A stretch of 64,000 bases of DNA, from the NCBI GenBank assembly GCA_036252695.1, contig GCA_036252695.1_4122.1; one strand, given 5' to 3'. This document shows, piece after piece, positions 23,866 through 33,538 of this stretch. Position 1 is the first letter of the stretch. Every line of letters begins with the position of its first letter. This stretch comes from a phage. Position numbers and translations under genes: made by a program. Below the pieces are notes generated by a model. The model searched no databases and was not told the origin of the DNA. It saw nothing but the letters and a program-made list of their open reading frames with translations.

Positions 23866-24089
23866 AACATTTAAGTAATATAGAGAAGAATAAAATTATC
23901 ATTGCTGTAATAAACAAATATTTTACACTTCCACAAAAAGAATGTTTATCTATAAGGGAACACAGGATAAACACCACCGAGATTCGCATGTTGGCTGTAC
24001 TGGGGACTAACTTCCAAGAAGGCTATGTTCATGAGCACATCGTTGCACTCACTAATTACATAATGGACAAATGTAATGAACATCATTAA
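23862..24089 (+). CDS. LGTNYQ-family small protein (A6)
   Basis: ATGA coupling; VLGTNFQEGYV. Confidence 0.6.
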   Translation: MKHLSNIEKNKIIIAVINKYFTLPQKECLSIREHRINTTEIRMLAVLGTNFQEGYVHEHIVALTNYIMDKCNEHH

Positions 24090-24300
24090 TAACTTTGAAT
24101 ACGAGGCCCGTGCTAAGAGTGCCAGAAAAAAAGAGAACACCATTTACTTCACTATGATGTACTTACAATGGACTGAAATTGAAGAAAAGGTTGCTGAAGT
24201 ATGGATGTTGGAATTCATGGGGACGCAGTATCAGAATAGGTTTGCGGGTGAGTATATCAATGTTCTTATGAAACAAATAGAAAGAAAGGAAAAGAACTAA
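24076..24300 (+). CDS. LGTNYQ-family small protein (A7)
   Basis: FMGTQYQNRFA. Confidence 0.55.
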   Translation: MNIINNFEYEARAKSARKKENTIYFTMMYLQWTEIEEKVAEVWMLEFMGTQYQNRFAGEYINVLMKQIERKEKN

Positions 24301-24458
24301 TGGTTTTCATTAACATATCTGACCAACTCGATACTAAACTAAAAGTCGAGCAGAGTGAGGGATGGATGCTGTACTTTCTTGGAACTTCTCATCAGAATTT
24401 TTATGTCCATGAACACATAGTTGCACTCACAAATCTAATAAGGGATAAATGTAAATGA
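24300..24458 (+). CDS. LGTNYQ-family small protein (A8, 52 aa; not in ORF track)
   Basis: TAATG overlap; FLGTSHQNFYVHEHIVALTNLI. Confidence 0.5.
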   Translation: MVFINISDQLDTKLKVEQSEGWMLYFLGTSHQNFYVHEHIVALTNLIRDKCK

Positions 24459-24712
24459 AACACTTGACGAACGATGAATATTCACTTAGAATTCGAAAGC
24501 TCACCCCAGAAGCAAGACTAATCTACGATGACGGTGAACTTTCATGGAACGAGATGAAAGTTAAAGTTCATGAGCTATGGTTGCTGTACTTTGTGGGAAC
24601 CCAATATCAAGAGAAATATTGTACCGATTATCTTGAACAACTAATGGATCTTATACAGATAAAACTAAATGAACGAATTGTGGAAAAATATGAAGACTTT
24701 ATCAAGCACTGA
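24455..24712 (+). CDS. LGTNYQ-family small protein (A9)
   Basis: ATGA coupling; FVGTQYQEKYC. Confidence 0.55.
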   Translation: MKHLTNDEYSLRIRKLTPEARLIYDDGELSWNEMKVKVHELWLLYFVGTQYQEKYCTDYLEQLMDLIQIKLNERIVEKYEDFIKH

Positions 24713-24941
24713 GTATCAGACTGCCCTCTTCTCTCTTCTTAACACCCTTAGAAAAAACTATGCATTACATGGTGCACCTGAATTGGATGTTATCAACGGT
24801 GATGTTTATCTTATGAAATTCATTGGAACAAACTATCAAGAACTGTTCACTCAACGATATATCTCTGCACTGAGAAACGAAATATCAGATAAAACCCGCC
24901 AAGCCCAAAGAGAATGGAAGAGACAATGCAACAAAGACTAA
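24690..24941 (+). CDS. LGTNYQ-family small protein (A10)
   Basis: FIGTNYQELFT; start uncertain (24669 or 24690). Confidence 0.5.
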   Translation: MKTLSSTEYQTALFSLLNTLRKNYALHGAPELDVINGDVYLMKFIGTNYQELFTQRYISALRNEISDKTRQAQREWKRQCNKD

Positions 24942-25177
24942 ATCACAAAATGTATTTTAAACTATTACAGAATCTAGGACAAAAACACTATGATACAGTA
25001 TCTGAAATATTACCCTATGATATCATGCGTTTAATTCATAGTGAGGCAGAGATGCTTGTACTGATGACAGGCACTGATAAAACAGCAATTACCAAATCTA
25101 TAGATATGTTCATCGATGCACACTGCCAACACATTAGAACCGAGATATGGAGACGTGAGAATGAAAATCCTGACTGA
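24926..25177 (+). CDS. divergent member of the small-protein array (A11)
   Basis: LMTGTDKTAIT degenerate motif; start uncertain. Confidence 0.4.
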   Translation: MQQRLNHKMYFKLLQNLGQKHYDTVSEILPYDIMRLIHSEAEMLVLMTGTDKTAITKSIDMFIDAHCQHIRTEIWRRENENPD

Positions 25178-25376
25178 GCATGAGTATTACAATAGGTTAA
25201 GAACTATACAAGGAAAAGTCTCGTGGACTTTTTTAGATAATTCTATTGCAGAAGCGGACCGATGTGTTATAATAGCTGAAATGAAGCTATTACTCTTCAT
25301 TGGGACAAACTATCAAAGTATCTACATAGACGCATGGTTAAGCAGCTTACGTCTGAAGTCGGTGAGTTTAAAATGA
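25161..25376 (+). CDS. LGTNYQ-family small protein (A12)
   Basis: RBS ggagacg; FIGTNYQSIYI. Confidence 0.55.
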   Translation: MKILTEHEYYNRLRTIQGKVSWTFLDNSIAEADRCVIIAEMKLLLFIGTNYQSIYIDAWLSSLRLKSVSLK

Positions 25377-25591
25377 GAAAATTAATAGGTTTCGAATATG
25401 TTAAGCTTCTACAAACCTGTGGAATCAGAAGGAGAATGATTCAAAAGGATAAAAGAATTGCCGAAGAACGAAAGTATATAATGATAACTGAACTTTATGT
25501 CTTAACACTCTTAGGCACAAACTATCAACACACTTATGTAGACCTATGGATCGATGCACTACAGAAAGAGGTTAAAAGTAAATGCAAATGA
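25373..25591 (+). CDS. LGTNYQ-family small protein (A13)
   Basis: ATGA coupling; LLGTNYQHTYV. Confidence 0.6.
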   Translation: MRKLIGFEYVKLLQTCGIRRRMIQKDKRIAEERKYIMITELYVLTLLGTNYQHTYVDLWIDALQKEVKSKCK

Positions 25592-25800
25592 TTAATTTAA
25601 GTAAAGACGAATTTTATGTTATACTGGCGAAAACTTATCCAGCACGTAAGGCCGTTTATGATAGTCACATTATTGAACCCTCAAAGAAGTTGATTTTAGT
25701 AAATGAGATAAAGATGCTTTCAGTCTTAGGAACAAACTATCAAGAGAATGCTGTACTGTTGTTAATTGATGCCCTCAAGAGAGAGATACAAAGTAAATGA
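25582..25800 (+). CDS. LGTNYQ-family small protein (A14)
   Basis: VLGTNYQENAV. Confidence 0.6.
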   Translation: MQMINLSKDEFYVILAKTYPARKAVYDSHIIEPSKKLILVNEIKMLSVLGTNYQENAVLLLIDALKREIQSK

Positions 25801-26021
25801 TTAATTTAACTTACCATGAATATCAAAAACGTTTAAATGCATCCAGAGATATAAGGATTCAAATATTCAATAACAAAAGATTGAAGCCTGATATCAGGAA
25901 AATCAAAATCATAGAAGCAGAGTTGTGCAACTTTCTAGGGACGAACTATCAGGCAGGTAAGGTAAAAAACTATCTTAAAGAACTCATGAATAGTATTGAA
26001 AATAAATGTAAGGGTAATTAA
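25797..26021 (+). CDS. LGTNYQ-family small protein (A15)
   Basis: ATGA coupling; FLGTNYQAGKV. Confidence 0.6.
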   Translation: MINLTYHEYQKRLNASRDIRIQIFNNKRLKPDIRKIKIIEAELCNFLGTNYQAGKVKNYLKELMNSIENKCKGN

Positions 26022-26022
26022 C

Positions 26023-26289
26023 ATGAAAATGATCAATTTAAGTAAAGATGAATATAACGAGCGACGTGCAAAAATCTCAACTAAACGCACCGAAATCTAT
26101 TACAGCGAAGAAATCAAACACGACAAGAAGATGATTATGATACGTGAGTTGATAATGGGTGCTATGCTAGGAACTAACTATCAAGAACAAGAGGTACAAC
26201 TCGTATTAAATGAATTACTAATGGAAATCAGAGGTAAGCTGTACTTTCATCAAATGACCCGCCCACTAAGGTGTACTAGGAATGATTAA
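26023..26289 (+). CDS. LGTNYQ-family small protein (A16)
   Basis: MLGTNYQEQEV. Confidence 0.55.
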   Translation: MKMINLSKDEYNERRAKISTKRTEIYYSEEIKHDKKMIMIRELIMGAMLGTNYQEQEVQLVLNELLMEIRGKLYFHQMTRPLRCTRND

Positions 26290-26497
26290 CATCACATTAC
26301 AAGAAAGGTTCATACGCATCAACTATGCAATTTCCAAATTAGATGCTACAATAGGATTTCAAAGTCTACCATACAAAACCAGATTGTTATTAGAGTGTGA
26401 AGCTAAGTTGGGTGTACTGTTAGGGACGCAACACCAACAACGATATGTGGAAATCTGGATTGACCTTTTAACCCAAAATATATATGAGAGAATGTAA
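26282..26497 (+). CDS. LGTNYQ-family small protein (A17)
   Basis: LLGTQHQQRYV. Confidence 0.55.
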   Translation: MINITLQERFIRINYAISKLDATIGFQSLPYKTRLLLECEAKLGVLLGTQHQQRYVEIWIDLLTQNIYERM

Positions 26498-26728
26498 ATG
26501 CAAAATGAAATGATATACATAACGAATGAAGAATTTCAAGAGAAGATGTTAAAAACAAAAAACATTAATCTTAAGTTCGTTCCAAATCAATCAATATATG
26601 AAGTATCTGCAAATGTATTGTTTCAGAAGTTACCATACGTTCTTGGAACTGATAAACAAGAATTTATGGTTCAAAATATGATTGAACATCTTATGATGAG
26701 TATTAAGGAAAAAGTAAATGCAAAATGA
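26498..26728 (+). CDS. LGT..Q-family small protein (A18)
   Basis: YVLGTDKQEFMV; N-term MQNEMIY shared with A19. Confidence 0.55.
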   Translation: MQNEMIYITNEEFQEKMLKTKNINLKFVPNQSIYEVSANVLFQKLPYVLGTDKQEFMVQNMIEHLMMSIKEKVNAK

Positions 26729-26963
26729 AATGATATACTTAACATATAATGAATACGTCGAGAGATTAGTTAGTGCCAAGAGATATACAAATCAACTTCC
26801 TCACAACCCAAACCAAACCCCAGAGGAAAAGAATGCGGAAGCTCTATTCCAAGCACTACCATACCTTCTTGGAACTGATAGGCAGGAGTATCACGTTGAA
26901 CGTATAATTAAATCTCTTAAAATCACTATTAAGGAAAAGATACATGAAACACTTGACAGATGA
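26718..26963 (+). CDS. LGT..Q-family small protein (A19)
   Basis: YLLGTDRQEYHV. Confidence 0.55.
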   Translation: MQNEMIYLTYNEYVERLVSAKRYTNQLPHNPNQTPEEKNAEALFQALPYLLGTDRQEYHVERIIKSLKITIKEKIHETLDR

Positions 26964-27174
26964 TGAACATGGGCTTATAGTAATGGATGTAATCAACATC
27001 GAATACAAAAAGTTGATACGCTATCGTTGTTATGAAGATAAGCAACTAGTTCTAGCAGAACAGAAGTTGTTTCGACTCTTAAACACAAACTACCAAGCAC
27101 AATACGAAGAATCGTATATGTACCTTTTGGCGAGGAAAGCAAAAAGAGATTATGAAAATTTTAAGCAAAGGTGA
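26944..27174 (+). CDS. LGTNYQ-family small protein (A20)
   Basis: LLNTNYQAQYE. Confidence 0.55.
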   Translation: MKHLTDDEHGLIVMDVINIEYKKLIRYRCYEDKQLVLAEQKLFRLLNTNYQAQYEESYMYLLARKAKRDYENFKQR

Positions 27175-27373
27175 TTCAGTAATATTACTTATAGAGAGTT
27201 CAAGTAAATTCTTAAACATAACACTGTCTGATATAGATGAAGATGATAAAGAAGTACTGAGAGCAGATTTAAGAGTACTGTTACATCTCGGAACAAACCT
27301 ACAAGAAGAATATGTAGAGTACTACATTGATGAACTTAAAGAATCAGTACTGAGAAGATGCAAATGCGAATGA
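27152..27373 (+). CDS. LGTNYQ-family small protein (A21)
   Basis: HLGTNLQEEYV. Confidence 0.55.
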   Translation: MKILSKGDSVILLIESSSKFLNITLSDIDEDDKEVLRADLRVLLHLGTNLQEEYVEYYIDELKESVLRRCKCE

Positions 27374-27585
27374 TTACCGACGAAGAATACCTAACAATTA
27401 TAAATGGATTGTTTTTGAAGTTGTTTGTTATTAACACATCAGATATACCAGATATGGATAAAATTATTAAGAGAAATGAAATCTATGTTCAAGCTACACT
27501 AGGGACTAACTATCAAGAATGCAATATTAATGATTATATTAATACACTTAAACGAGCGATTGAACTAAAATGCCAAAACCACTAG
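27358..27585 (+). CDS. LGTNYQ-family small protein (A22)
   Basis: TLGTNYQECNI. Confidence 0.55.
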   Translation: MQMRMITDEEYLTIINGLFLKLFVINTSDIPDMDKIIKRNEIYVQATLGTNYQECNINDYINTLKRAIELKCQNH

Positions 27586-27785
27586 GAACAGCAGAATACA
27601 TTGAACTCATGGGATTACACTTCTCATCCTTTCAGAAACTTATGCGAGAATCAAAGAATGATTTAGAATATACCATCAGAGGTTCAGAATTAAGAATGCT
27701 TCTCACCCTAGACACAGATTCCCAAGAGAGATTTGTCAATGAGCATATTAGAGCACTTTTAATGGAAATTCAAAGTAAACTATGA
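27570..27785 (+). CDS. LGTNYQ-family small protein (A23)
   Basis: TLDTDSQERFV. Confidence 0.55.
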   Translation: MPKPLGTAEYIELMGLHFSSFQKLMRESKNDLEYTIRGSELRMLLTLDTDSQERFVNEHIRALLMEIQSKL

Positions 27786-27997
27786 AGATAATATCAAATC
27801 AAGAGTACTTGGCACTATTCAGGAAGAATAATCACAAATATATGGCACTTGATTCAAGAACTGATATAAGTGAACTTGAAAAAAATCTTTTGCGTTCAGA
27901 GATGATAGTACTGACACTCTTAGGAACACAGCATCAAGAAAGAACTGTTAATTCACACATAGAAATACTTAAGAAGCTTATACAGGAAAAGTTATGA
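27782..27997 (+). CDS. LGTNYQ-family small protein (A24)
   Basis: ATGA coupling; LLGTQHQERTV. Confidence 0.6.
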   Translation: MKIISNQEYLALFRKNNHKYMALDSRTDISELEKNLLRSEMIVLTLLGTQHQERTVNSHIEILKKLIQEKL

Positions 27998-28215
27998 GAA
28001 TCATAACACAACAAGATATGTTTAAGTTCACAAGGGATTATGCATCTGAATTTGATGCTATATTATCAAAAAGTTACAACAACCCTTATACAGAAGATGT
28101 ACACTACAATGAATTATGGGTGTATATACTTTTAGGTACAGATCATCAAGAGCAAGCCGTACAGAGGTATTTGAGTGCTTTAAGTACTGCTACTGCTAAT
28201 GGAGTATGTGTTTAA
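27994..28215 (+). CDS. LGTNYQ-family small protein (A25)
   Basis: ATGA coupling; LLGTDHQEQAV. Confidence 0.6.
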   Translation: MRIITQQDMFKFTRDYASEFDAILSKSYNNPYTEDVHYNELWVYILLGTDHQEQAVQRYLSALSTATANGVCV

Positions 28216-28216
28216 T

Positions 28217-28459
28217 ATGAAAGTACTGACAGAATTAGAAATGTATCATAGATTTAATAAGTACTATCATTTACTTAAACCTATACAGAGGATTAAGTGT
28301 CCCTTTGTAGTGAAACAGGTATTAATTTATGAGCATAAGTTATTTGTATCATTAGGTACGAATGAACAAGATTATTATTTGAAGTTGTACTTAATTACTT
28401 TAATTGAATTGATTAATTCCAAAACTCAGAAAGCGAAGAAATATAAAAATGAAAACTAA
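28217..28459 (+). CDS. LGTNYQ-family small protein (A26)
   Basis: RBS ggag; SLGTNEQDYYL. Confidence 0.55.
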   Translation: MKVLTELEMYHRFNKYYHLLKPIQRIKCPFVVKQVLIYEHKLFVSLGTNEQDYYLKLYLITLIELINSKTQKAKKYKNEN

Positions 28460-28790
28460 AATTCAACTCAGGGTATACATATCGTATGAAAATATATACG
28501 TTAAAAGTAGTCTATGTAAAGATGTAATGGACTACAAAGGTAAACCATTCACAGTTACTTACAGTTTAACAGGAGGTTTATATATCTCTTTTGCTAATTA
28601 CGAAAATAATATGTACGAACACATTGACATTGAAGATTTAAGTACTTTATCACCAGAGGAATACTTCCAGGAATCATTAGTATGGGATTTAGAGTTCCCT
28701 ATGCCATTAGTACATAAGATGATAGTACTAATGAAAGAATCTAAACAGGAGCCTAATGGTGATTATGAAGAACACATTATTGAGTATTAA
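28449..28790 (+). CDS. FQ-motif family protein (B)
   Basis: motif PEEYFQESLVWD. Confidence 0.55.
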   Translation: MKTKIQLRVYISYENIYVKSSLCKDVMDYKGKPFTVTYSLTGGLYISFANYENNMYEHIDIEDLSTLSPEEYFQESLVWDLEFPMPLVHKMIVLMKESKQEPNGDYEEHIIEY

Positions 28791-28880
28791 GAGTTCTGAT
28801 AGTACTGAGAGTACAAATGTTCTTGACAGTACTTTTCATTACTGATATAGTGCACCAACGTTAATCATAGGGTACAGATT

Positions 28881-29126
28881 ATGTTGAATTTTTTAAATTT
28901 CCTTATCGTCTTGTGTATTGTTCTTGGGATTGCACCATTTGTATTGTATTTCATGGATTCAGATGAAATGCAGAAGATGAATTGCACAAGGACAGGACAG
29001 AGTAGAGTAGAGACGATTCTTATGCCTGTTACGGTTATTGTTAACAACATGCCAATTACGAACATGGTCCCTACCCTAACGACAACGTACCAGTACTCTT
29101 GTACAGACGGAGTGAGGTGGAGATAA
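28881..29126 (+). CDS. hypothetical hydrophobic protein (possible membrane protein)
   Basis: N-term MLNFLNFLIVLCIVLGIAPFVLYF; promoter-like TTGACA at ~28825. Confidence 0.4.
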   Translation: MLNFLNFLIVLCIVLGIAPFVLYFMDSDEMQKMNCTRTGQSRVETILMPVTVIVNNMPITNMVPTLTTTYQYSCTDGVRWR

Positions 29127-29449
29127 TGCGTAAATTCAATTGTATTGTACGTAAGAATTCATGTTACATTGTAGTAGCTGATTTTAATACGGGTTCTGGG
29201 TTGAAGATATTTGAGTACAGAAAATGTAATAATTCTTTTCATTGGAAATTAGGTGCAAGAAAAACAAATACAATTTCAGTACCGAATTTATGTTCTATCT
29301 CTGAAGAAGAAGAGTTTCAGTACATGTTAGTACACGATGATTCTTTAGGTTTTACATTAGAAGATATGAAGAAAGTGCAACAGCAGATGATTGCACATTG
29401 TCATCTTCCAAAGAATTTTGTTCAACACGTATGTGAATTCCACATATAA
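29126..29449 (+). CDS. FQ-motif family protein (B)
   Basis: RBS ggaggtggag; motif EEEEFQYMLVHD. Confidence 0.55.
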   Translation: MRKFNCIVRKNSCYIVVADFNTGSGLKIFEYRKCNNSFHWKLGARKTNTISVPNLCSISEEEEFQYMLVHDDSLGFTLEDMKKVQQQMIAHCHLPKNFVQHVCEFHI

Positions 29450-29557
29450 GAGAAGAATATGAAATTTAATATTCACAGAATGAAGATCAATGTTGACACT
29501 CCATTTGAATAGTGTTAACATGTTTACCTATTCAATTTTAAGATAAGGTACAATGAT

Positions 29558-30367
29558 ATGAAATTTTTAACAGAATCTGAAGCAACCAATTTGATTATGA
29601 AAAAATTTAGTTCTGGTGATTTAAAGAAATCAGCATCTTACAAAGGTTCAGTTGCCTTGAGTTTATATCTTGGTACAAATTATCAGGAAGCAGCACAAGA
29701 GCAATATATTAATGCATTAAAGGAAGAGATTCGAGAAAAAATTAAAATTAATAAAGATTGCAGTACTGATTTTTCAATTGAAAAGTTATTGAATATGTTT
29801 GTCAATACAACAGAGACACCAAGAAAAGAAGATGTTGGTTTAGGTCATGTAAGTGATTTTATGTACGCAGCATATGAATCTTTAGTACAGACTGGGATTG
29901 CTAAATCTGTAATTGAAGTGCATCGTAAATTTGAAGAAGGTGATGAAATTAGACAATTAGTTAAAGATAAAGAAAATAAGATTGGTCGTTTATTTGTTAT
30001 TAAGGACAATGATAGTTCTTCATATATTTTGATTAATACAGATAAGACATTCAATTATTACAAGGATTTACATTATTATATGATTACCAATTACGGAATA
30101 TCCTATTTAAGAAGTAATTGGGAAGTTGAATATGTATTTTATTTTAACAAACATTCGCATGGTTCAACAAGAACAAAAGATTTATATGAGCAAGCATTAA
30201 TGATTGCTACGCCTAATGAAAATGGCATTTTCAGTAAAGATTACGATAAGGTATTGGAACGTTTAAAACACAGAGCTTCGTGCGGGACAATGCCGTGTGA
30301 TTATAGTATTACACAATACAATAAAAATTATCATTGTGGTGTTTTTAAGGAACAATATAAATCATGA
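29558..30367 (+). CDS. two-domain protein: N-terminal LGTNYQ module + ~200-aa C-terminal domain
   Basis: SLYLGTNYQEAAQEQYINALKEEIREKIK at residues ~35-65; 269 aa. Confidence 0.65.
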   Translation: MKFLTESEATNLIMKKFSSGDLKKSASYKGSVALSLYLGTNYQEAAQEQYINALKEEIREKIKINKDCSTDFSIEKLLNMFVNTTETPRKEDVGLGHVSDFMYAAYESLVQTGIAKSVIEVHRKFEEGDEIRQLVKDKENKIGRLFVIKDNDSSSYILINTDKTFNYYKDLHYYMITNYGISYLRSNWEVEYVFYFNKHSHGSTRTKDLYEQALMIATPNENGIFSKDYDKVLERLKHRASCGTMPCDYSITQYNKNYHCGVFKEQYKS

Positions 30368-30684
30368 AATTTAATATAGCAAAAACATCTAATGTATGTA
30401 TATTTGGTTATGCTGATGAGTTAGGTGATCTTGACATTCTATTGTACAAAAAGGATGGTGTTATGCATTTCAAGTACCAGGATGAAGAGGCAGACAATTA
30501 TCCTTTACCTAATTTAGTACAAATGCAGGAAGATGAATTATTCCAGTACAGCTTAGTATATGACATTGATATTTGCACGATGCCAGTACTAATTAATATT
30601 CAAAAAGTGATGCTCGATGTGTTTGATAGGCTAATACAAGGCACACAAGGAAGAACCATATATGTCAATGTACAAGACAATTAA
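30364..30684 (+). CDS. FQ-motif family protein (B)
   Basis: ATGA coupling; EDELFQYSLVYD. Confidence 0.55.
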   Translation: MKFNIAKTSNVCIFGYADELGDLDILLYKKDGVMHFKYQDEEADNYPLPNLVQMQEDELFQYSLVYDIDICTMPVLINIQKVMLDVFDRLIQGTQGRTIYVNVQDN

Positions 30685-30877
30685 TCAAGAATGGAAGACC
30701 CAAAAGTACAGGGAATTCAGTACTAGTTTAACAAAAGATGCATTGAATTTAAAAAGAACAGAGTTTGATATGTTTATTTTTCTTGGAACACGTTCACAGG
30801 AACAATACATTCATTATTATATAAGTTCATTGCGAACGGAGATCGTATGCAAAACACAGGGTATTATAAAAAAGTAA
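30662..30877 (+). CDS. LGT..Q-family small protein (A-like)
   Basis: FLGTRSQEQYI. Confidence 0.5.
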   Translation: MSMYKTINQEWKTQKYREFSTSLTKDALNLKRTEFDMFIFLGTRSQEQYIHYYISSLRTEIVCKTQGIIKK

Positions 30878-31113
30878 ACCAATATTTGTACGCTACAAAG
30901 TACAGGGATTTTTGTTTAAAGGGTGGTGATGAAGATTTTTCTTTGCGATTATCAGAATTTAATCTGTTATTTTATCTTGGTACATCGGAACAAGAAGAAA
31001 TGGCACAGAAATTTATCAAGCACCTTGAACAAAAAATTCATATGCAAATTTTGATGCTTAAGGTACATAATGAGATAAACAAATATGAACCCAACAATAG
31101 TACAGGATCTTAA
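30847..31113 (+). CDS. LGT..Q-family small protein (A-like)
   Basis: YLGTSEQEEMA. Confidence 0.5.
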   Translation: MQNTGYYKKVNQYLYATKYRDFCLKGGDEDFSLRLSEFNLLFYLGTSEQEEMAQKFIKHLEQKIHMQILMLKVHNEINKYEPNNSTGS

Positions 31114-31471
31114 ACAAGTAATATTCCTTTTGAATACAAGAAGTGAAATGTATACAGAGTTTAAAGAGATTAATGCATTTTATCAGAATTTTGTAATTCA
31201 AGAGTTCAGTGATTTAATTACAGATGCATTATTTGAATTATCGGAAAAATACAAAGGATCAGAGTTCAGTGTTAAGAATGTTATTCGTCCAATTACAAGG
31301 AAAATTATATTATCACATTTTACATTTGACAATAAAGATTTATTCAGTCATAATCCAAGTACAGCTTTATATTTTATTCCTGATTCAGACAAAAATCATC
31401 CTATTCATTACGGATGGATTTTGTCGTACATAGTACAAGGAAAGGAGTATCCTATTAAATGGAACGATTAG
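31085..31471 (+). CDS. hypothetical protein
   Basis: ORF track; no family motif. Confidence 0.45.
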   Translation: MNPTIVQDLKQVIFLLNTRSEMYTEFKEINAFYQNFVIQEFSDLITDALFELSEKYKGSEFSVKNVIRPITRKIILSHFTFDNKDLFSHNPSTALYFIPDSDKNHPIHYGWILSYIVQGKEYPIKWND

Positions 31472-31819
31472 GGCGATTAGATTATTACACAATTAATACA
31501 AATTATTTGTTGCGTAATATAAAATCCGATTACAAAATATGGATAAAGAACAGAGATAGTATGTGTTATGAATTTTATTTAGATTATGCCATCAAACGCT
31601 TTTTAAGAGAAGAACATTAATGCACACACCGCACAAAGAGCACAAAAATACAAAAACGATAAATGTTTTAAATGATTCTTTATTGGTGAGTATAAATTTA
31701 TATTATAAAATTCATTTAAATGGTGGTATTGAAAATTTTAGTTATTATTTGAGTACAATATCGCAAGAGCATTTAATATACCAAGATCATTTATTGCACC
31801 CGAATCCATAAGGCGAATT

Positions 31820-32365
31820 ATGAATGAGATAGAATTATTAGCACACAAGATTAGTACAATAATGCTTATCCTAAATAACAACCATCCTATATCGCAGATA
31901 GATGGAATCCTGAGTCAGAGGACAGGTGGTAGTTTATATTTGACATTAACAGAGGTTATCGCAAGGAATTACATTGATATTGAAATCGAGAACAGTGATG
32001 CATCAGGAAAGGTTGATGTAGGTGCATTAATCAGTTCAAATCCAGTATCAGCATCCCCATTGACCAAAGGTGTTAGTACAGGATTCGAAGGGTATTTGTG
32101 GTACAATACCAATGATGATTATTTTATATATCAGCATTCCAATACAAATTATGATGAAGACAAATTTCAGTTCATAGACCCTTATGATGAAGCTGAAGTA
32201 TTTCAAAAATCATTAATCACAAAACCGCATGAGATGATGTATCTAATGTTATTCAGTACAATGCATTTGAATCCATTAATTAAAGGTTTAAAATTTTATA
32301 TTCAATTGAATTTAGTCCATGTAGTTTATGATTTATTAATGCAAGGATATAGTTATGAAGTATAA
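31820..32365 (+). CDS. FQ-motif family protein (B-like)
   Basis: EAEVFQKSLITK. Confidence 0.5.
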   Translation: MNEIELLAHKISTIMLILNNNHPISQIDGILSQRTGGSLYLTLTEVIARNYIDIEIENSDASGKVDVGALISSNPVSASPLTKGVSTGFEGYLWYNTNDDYFIYQHSNTNYDEDKFQFIDPYDEAEVFQKSLITKPHEMMYLMLFSTMHLNPLIKGLKFYIQLNLVHVVYDLLMQGYSYEV

Positions 32366-32672
32366 AATGCTTAATACAGTATCAGGGGTATATGTAGAAT
32401 TAGAATCCGATTATTCAGATGGATGGAATTTTATTAAACGACACGATAGAAATACATGGTACATGGCACATTTGGATAATGACGTAATAATAGATAATTT
32501 TGTCGATTTTAATACATTATCAGAAGAAGAATTTTTCCAAATGCAATTTGTGCTTGATACAAATGGATTTGATTTGCTATTATTAAGGAATATTCAGAAA
32601 GCGGTTAATGAATTCATAATCCAAAATAATTCAGGTAAAATGGGGATGTTCCATGATCTGGAAGTACAATGA
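32355..32672 (+). CDS. FQ-motif family protein (B)
   Basis: EEEFFQMQFVLD. Confidence 0.55.
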   Translation: MKYKMLNTVSGVYVELESDYSDGWNFIKRHDRNTWYMAHLDNDVIIDNFVDFNTLSEEEFFQMQFVLDTNGFDLLLLRNIQKAVNEFIIQNNSGKMGMFHDLEVQ

Positions 32673-33210
32673 AATTCAGTACACCTACGCTAATGCAATC
32701 CTTATGGGACAAAAGTTAGCTTGTATTGTTGCAGCCTTATATAATGCACAGAAAGATTACAAGCGTCATATTCACAAATATATTGGTATTATTCCATCGA
32801 AGTACAATACATATATTGCGTGCACGAGTCATTTTGATAAACGATTCAATACACCTGATACCCCAAATGCCAGTAGTGTTATTGGTCTTTTGGATTTCGC
32901 ACCTGGTGCTGTTATTGGAAAGAATGATTTAGAGTACACATGGTATAATAAAAATGCCCCGTTAGTAATGGTAAAATATGATACAGAAACGAATAAAACA
33001 ATAGAGTACAATACATATAAATCAGAGGAAGAATTTTTCCAAGGTTCATTGCTTGTGCCAGTGCGTTTGTTGTTTTATAATGTCCTTATTAGTACAGTAC
33101 ACAATAGTCCATTACACAAGAATCACAAAATTAATTTCAATTTTTGTGCTTATGCGATTGATGGTGTGTATGAGTGTTTAATGGAGGTATTGAGTTATGA
33201 AGCTGAATAA
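32653..33210 (+). CDS. FQ-motif family protein (B)
   Basis: EEEFFQGSLLVP. Confidence 0.55.
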   Translation: MIWKYNEIQYTYANAILMGQKLACIVAALYNAQKDYKRHIHKYIGIIPSKYNTYIACTSHFDKRFNTPDTPNASSVIGLLDFAPGAVIGKNDLEYTWYNKNAPLVMVKYDTETNKTIEYNTYKSEEEFFQGSLLVPVRLLFYNVLISTVHNSPLHKNHKINFNFCAYAIDGVYECLMEVLSYEAE

Positions 33211-33538
33211 TACATTTGATATTAATAAGTTAAGAGAATGGTTTTATAGTATTGAAATTGAAGCCATCCCATATCATAGATATGAACAATATAATTTAAC
33301 CAGTATTGATATCAGTGAGTTGTACGCGTATTATCAAAGTGCATTAGAGATGCATAAGTTATTTTTGAGTACAGATTTTGTTCTAAATTACAATTTTGAG
33401 GAATTTAATAATTATAATTTAGTACAGAAATATGTAGTAGCAAAGTATATGTACCTTCAAGGAATTACAAGTAATTTGGAATTCAATACAGTCCTTGCTT
33501 TAGTTGAGGTAATTTTATGCAGTACATGTATGATTTAG
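33197..33538 (+). CDS. hypothetical protein
   Basis: ORF track; no family motif. Confidence 0.45.
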   Translation: MKLNNTFDINKLREWFYSIEIEAIPYHRYEQYNLTSIDISELYAYYQSALEMHKLFLSTDFVLNYNFEEFNNYNLVQKYVVAKYMYLQGITSNLEFNTVLALVEVILCSTCMI

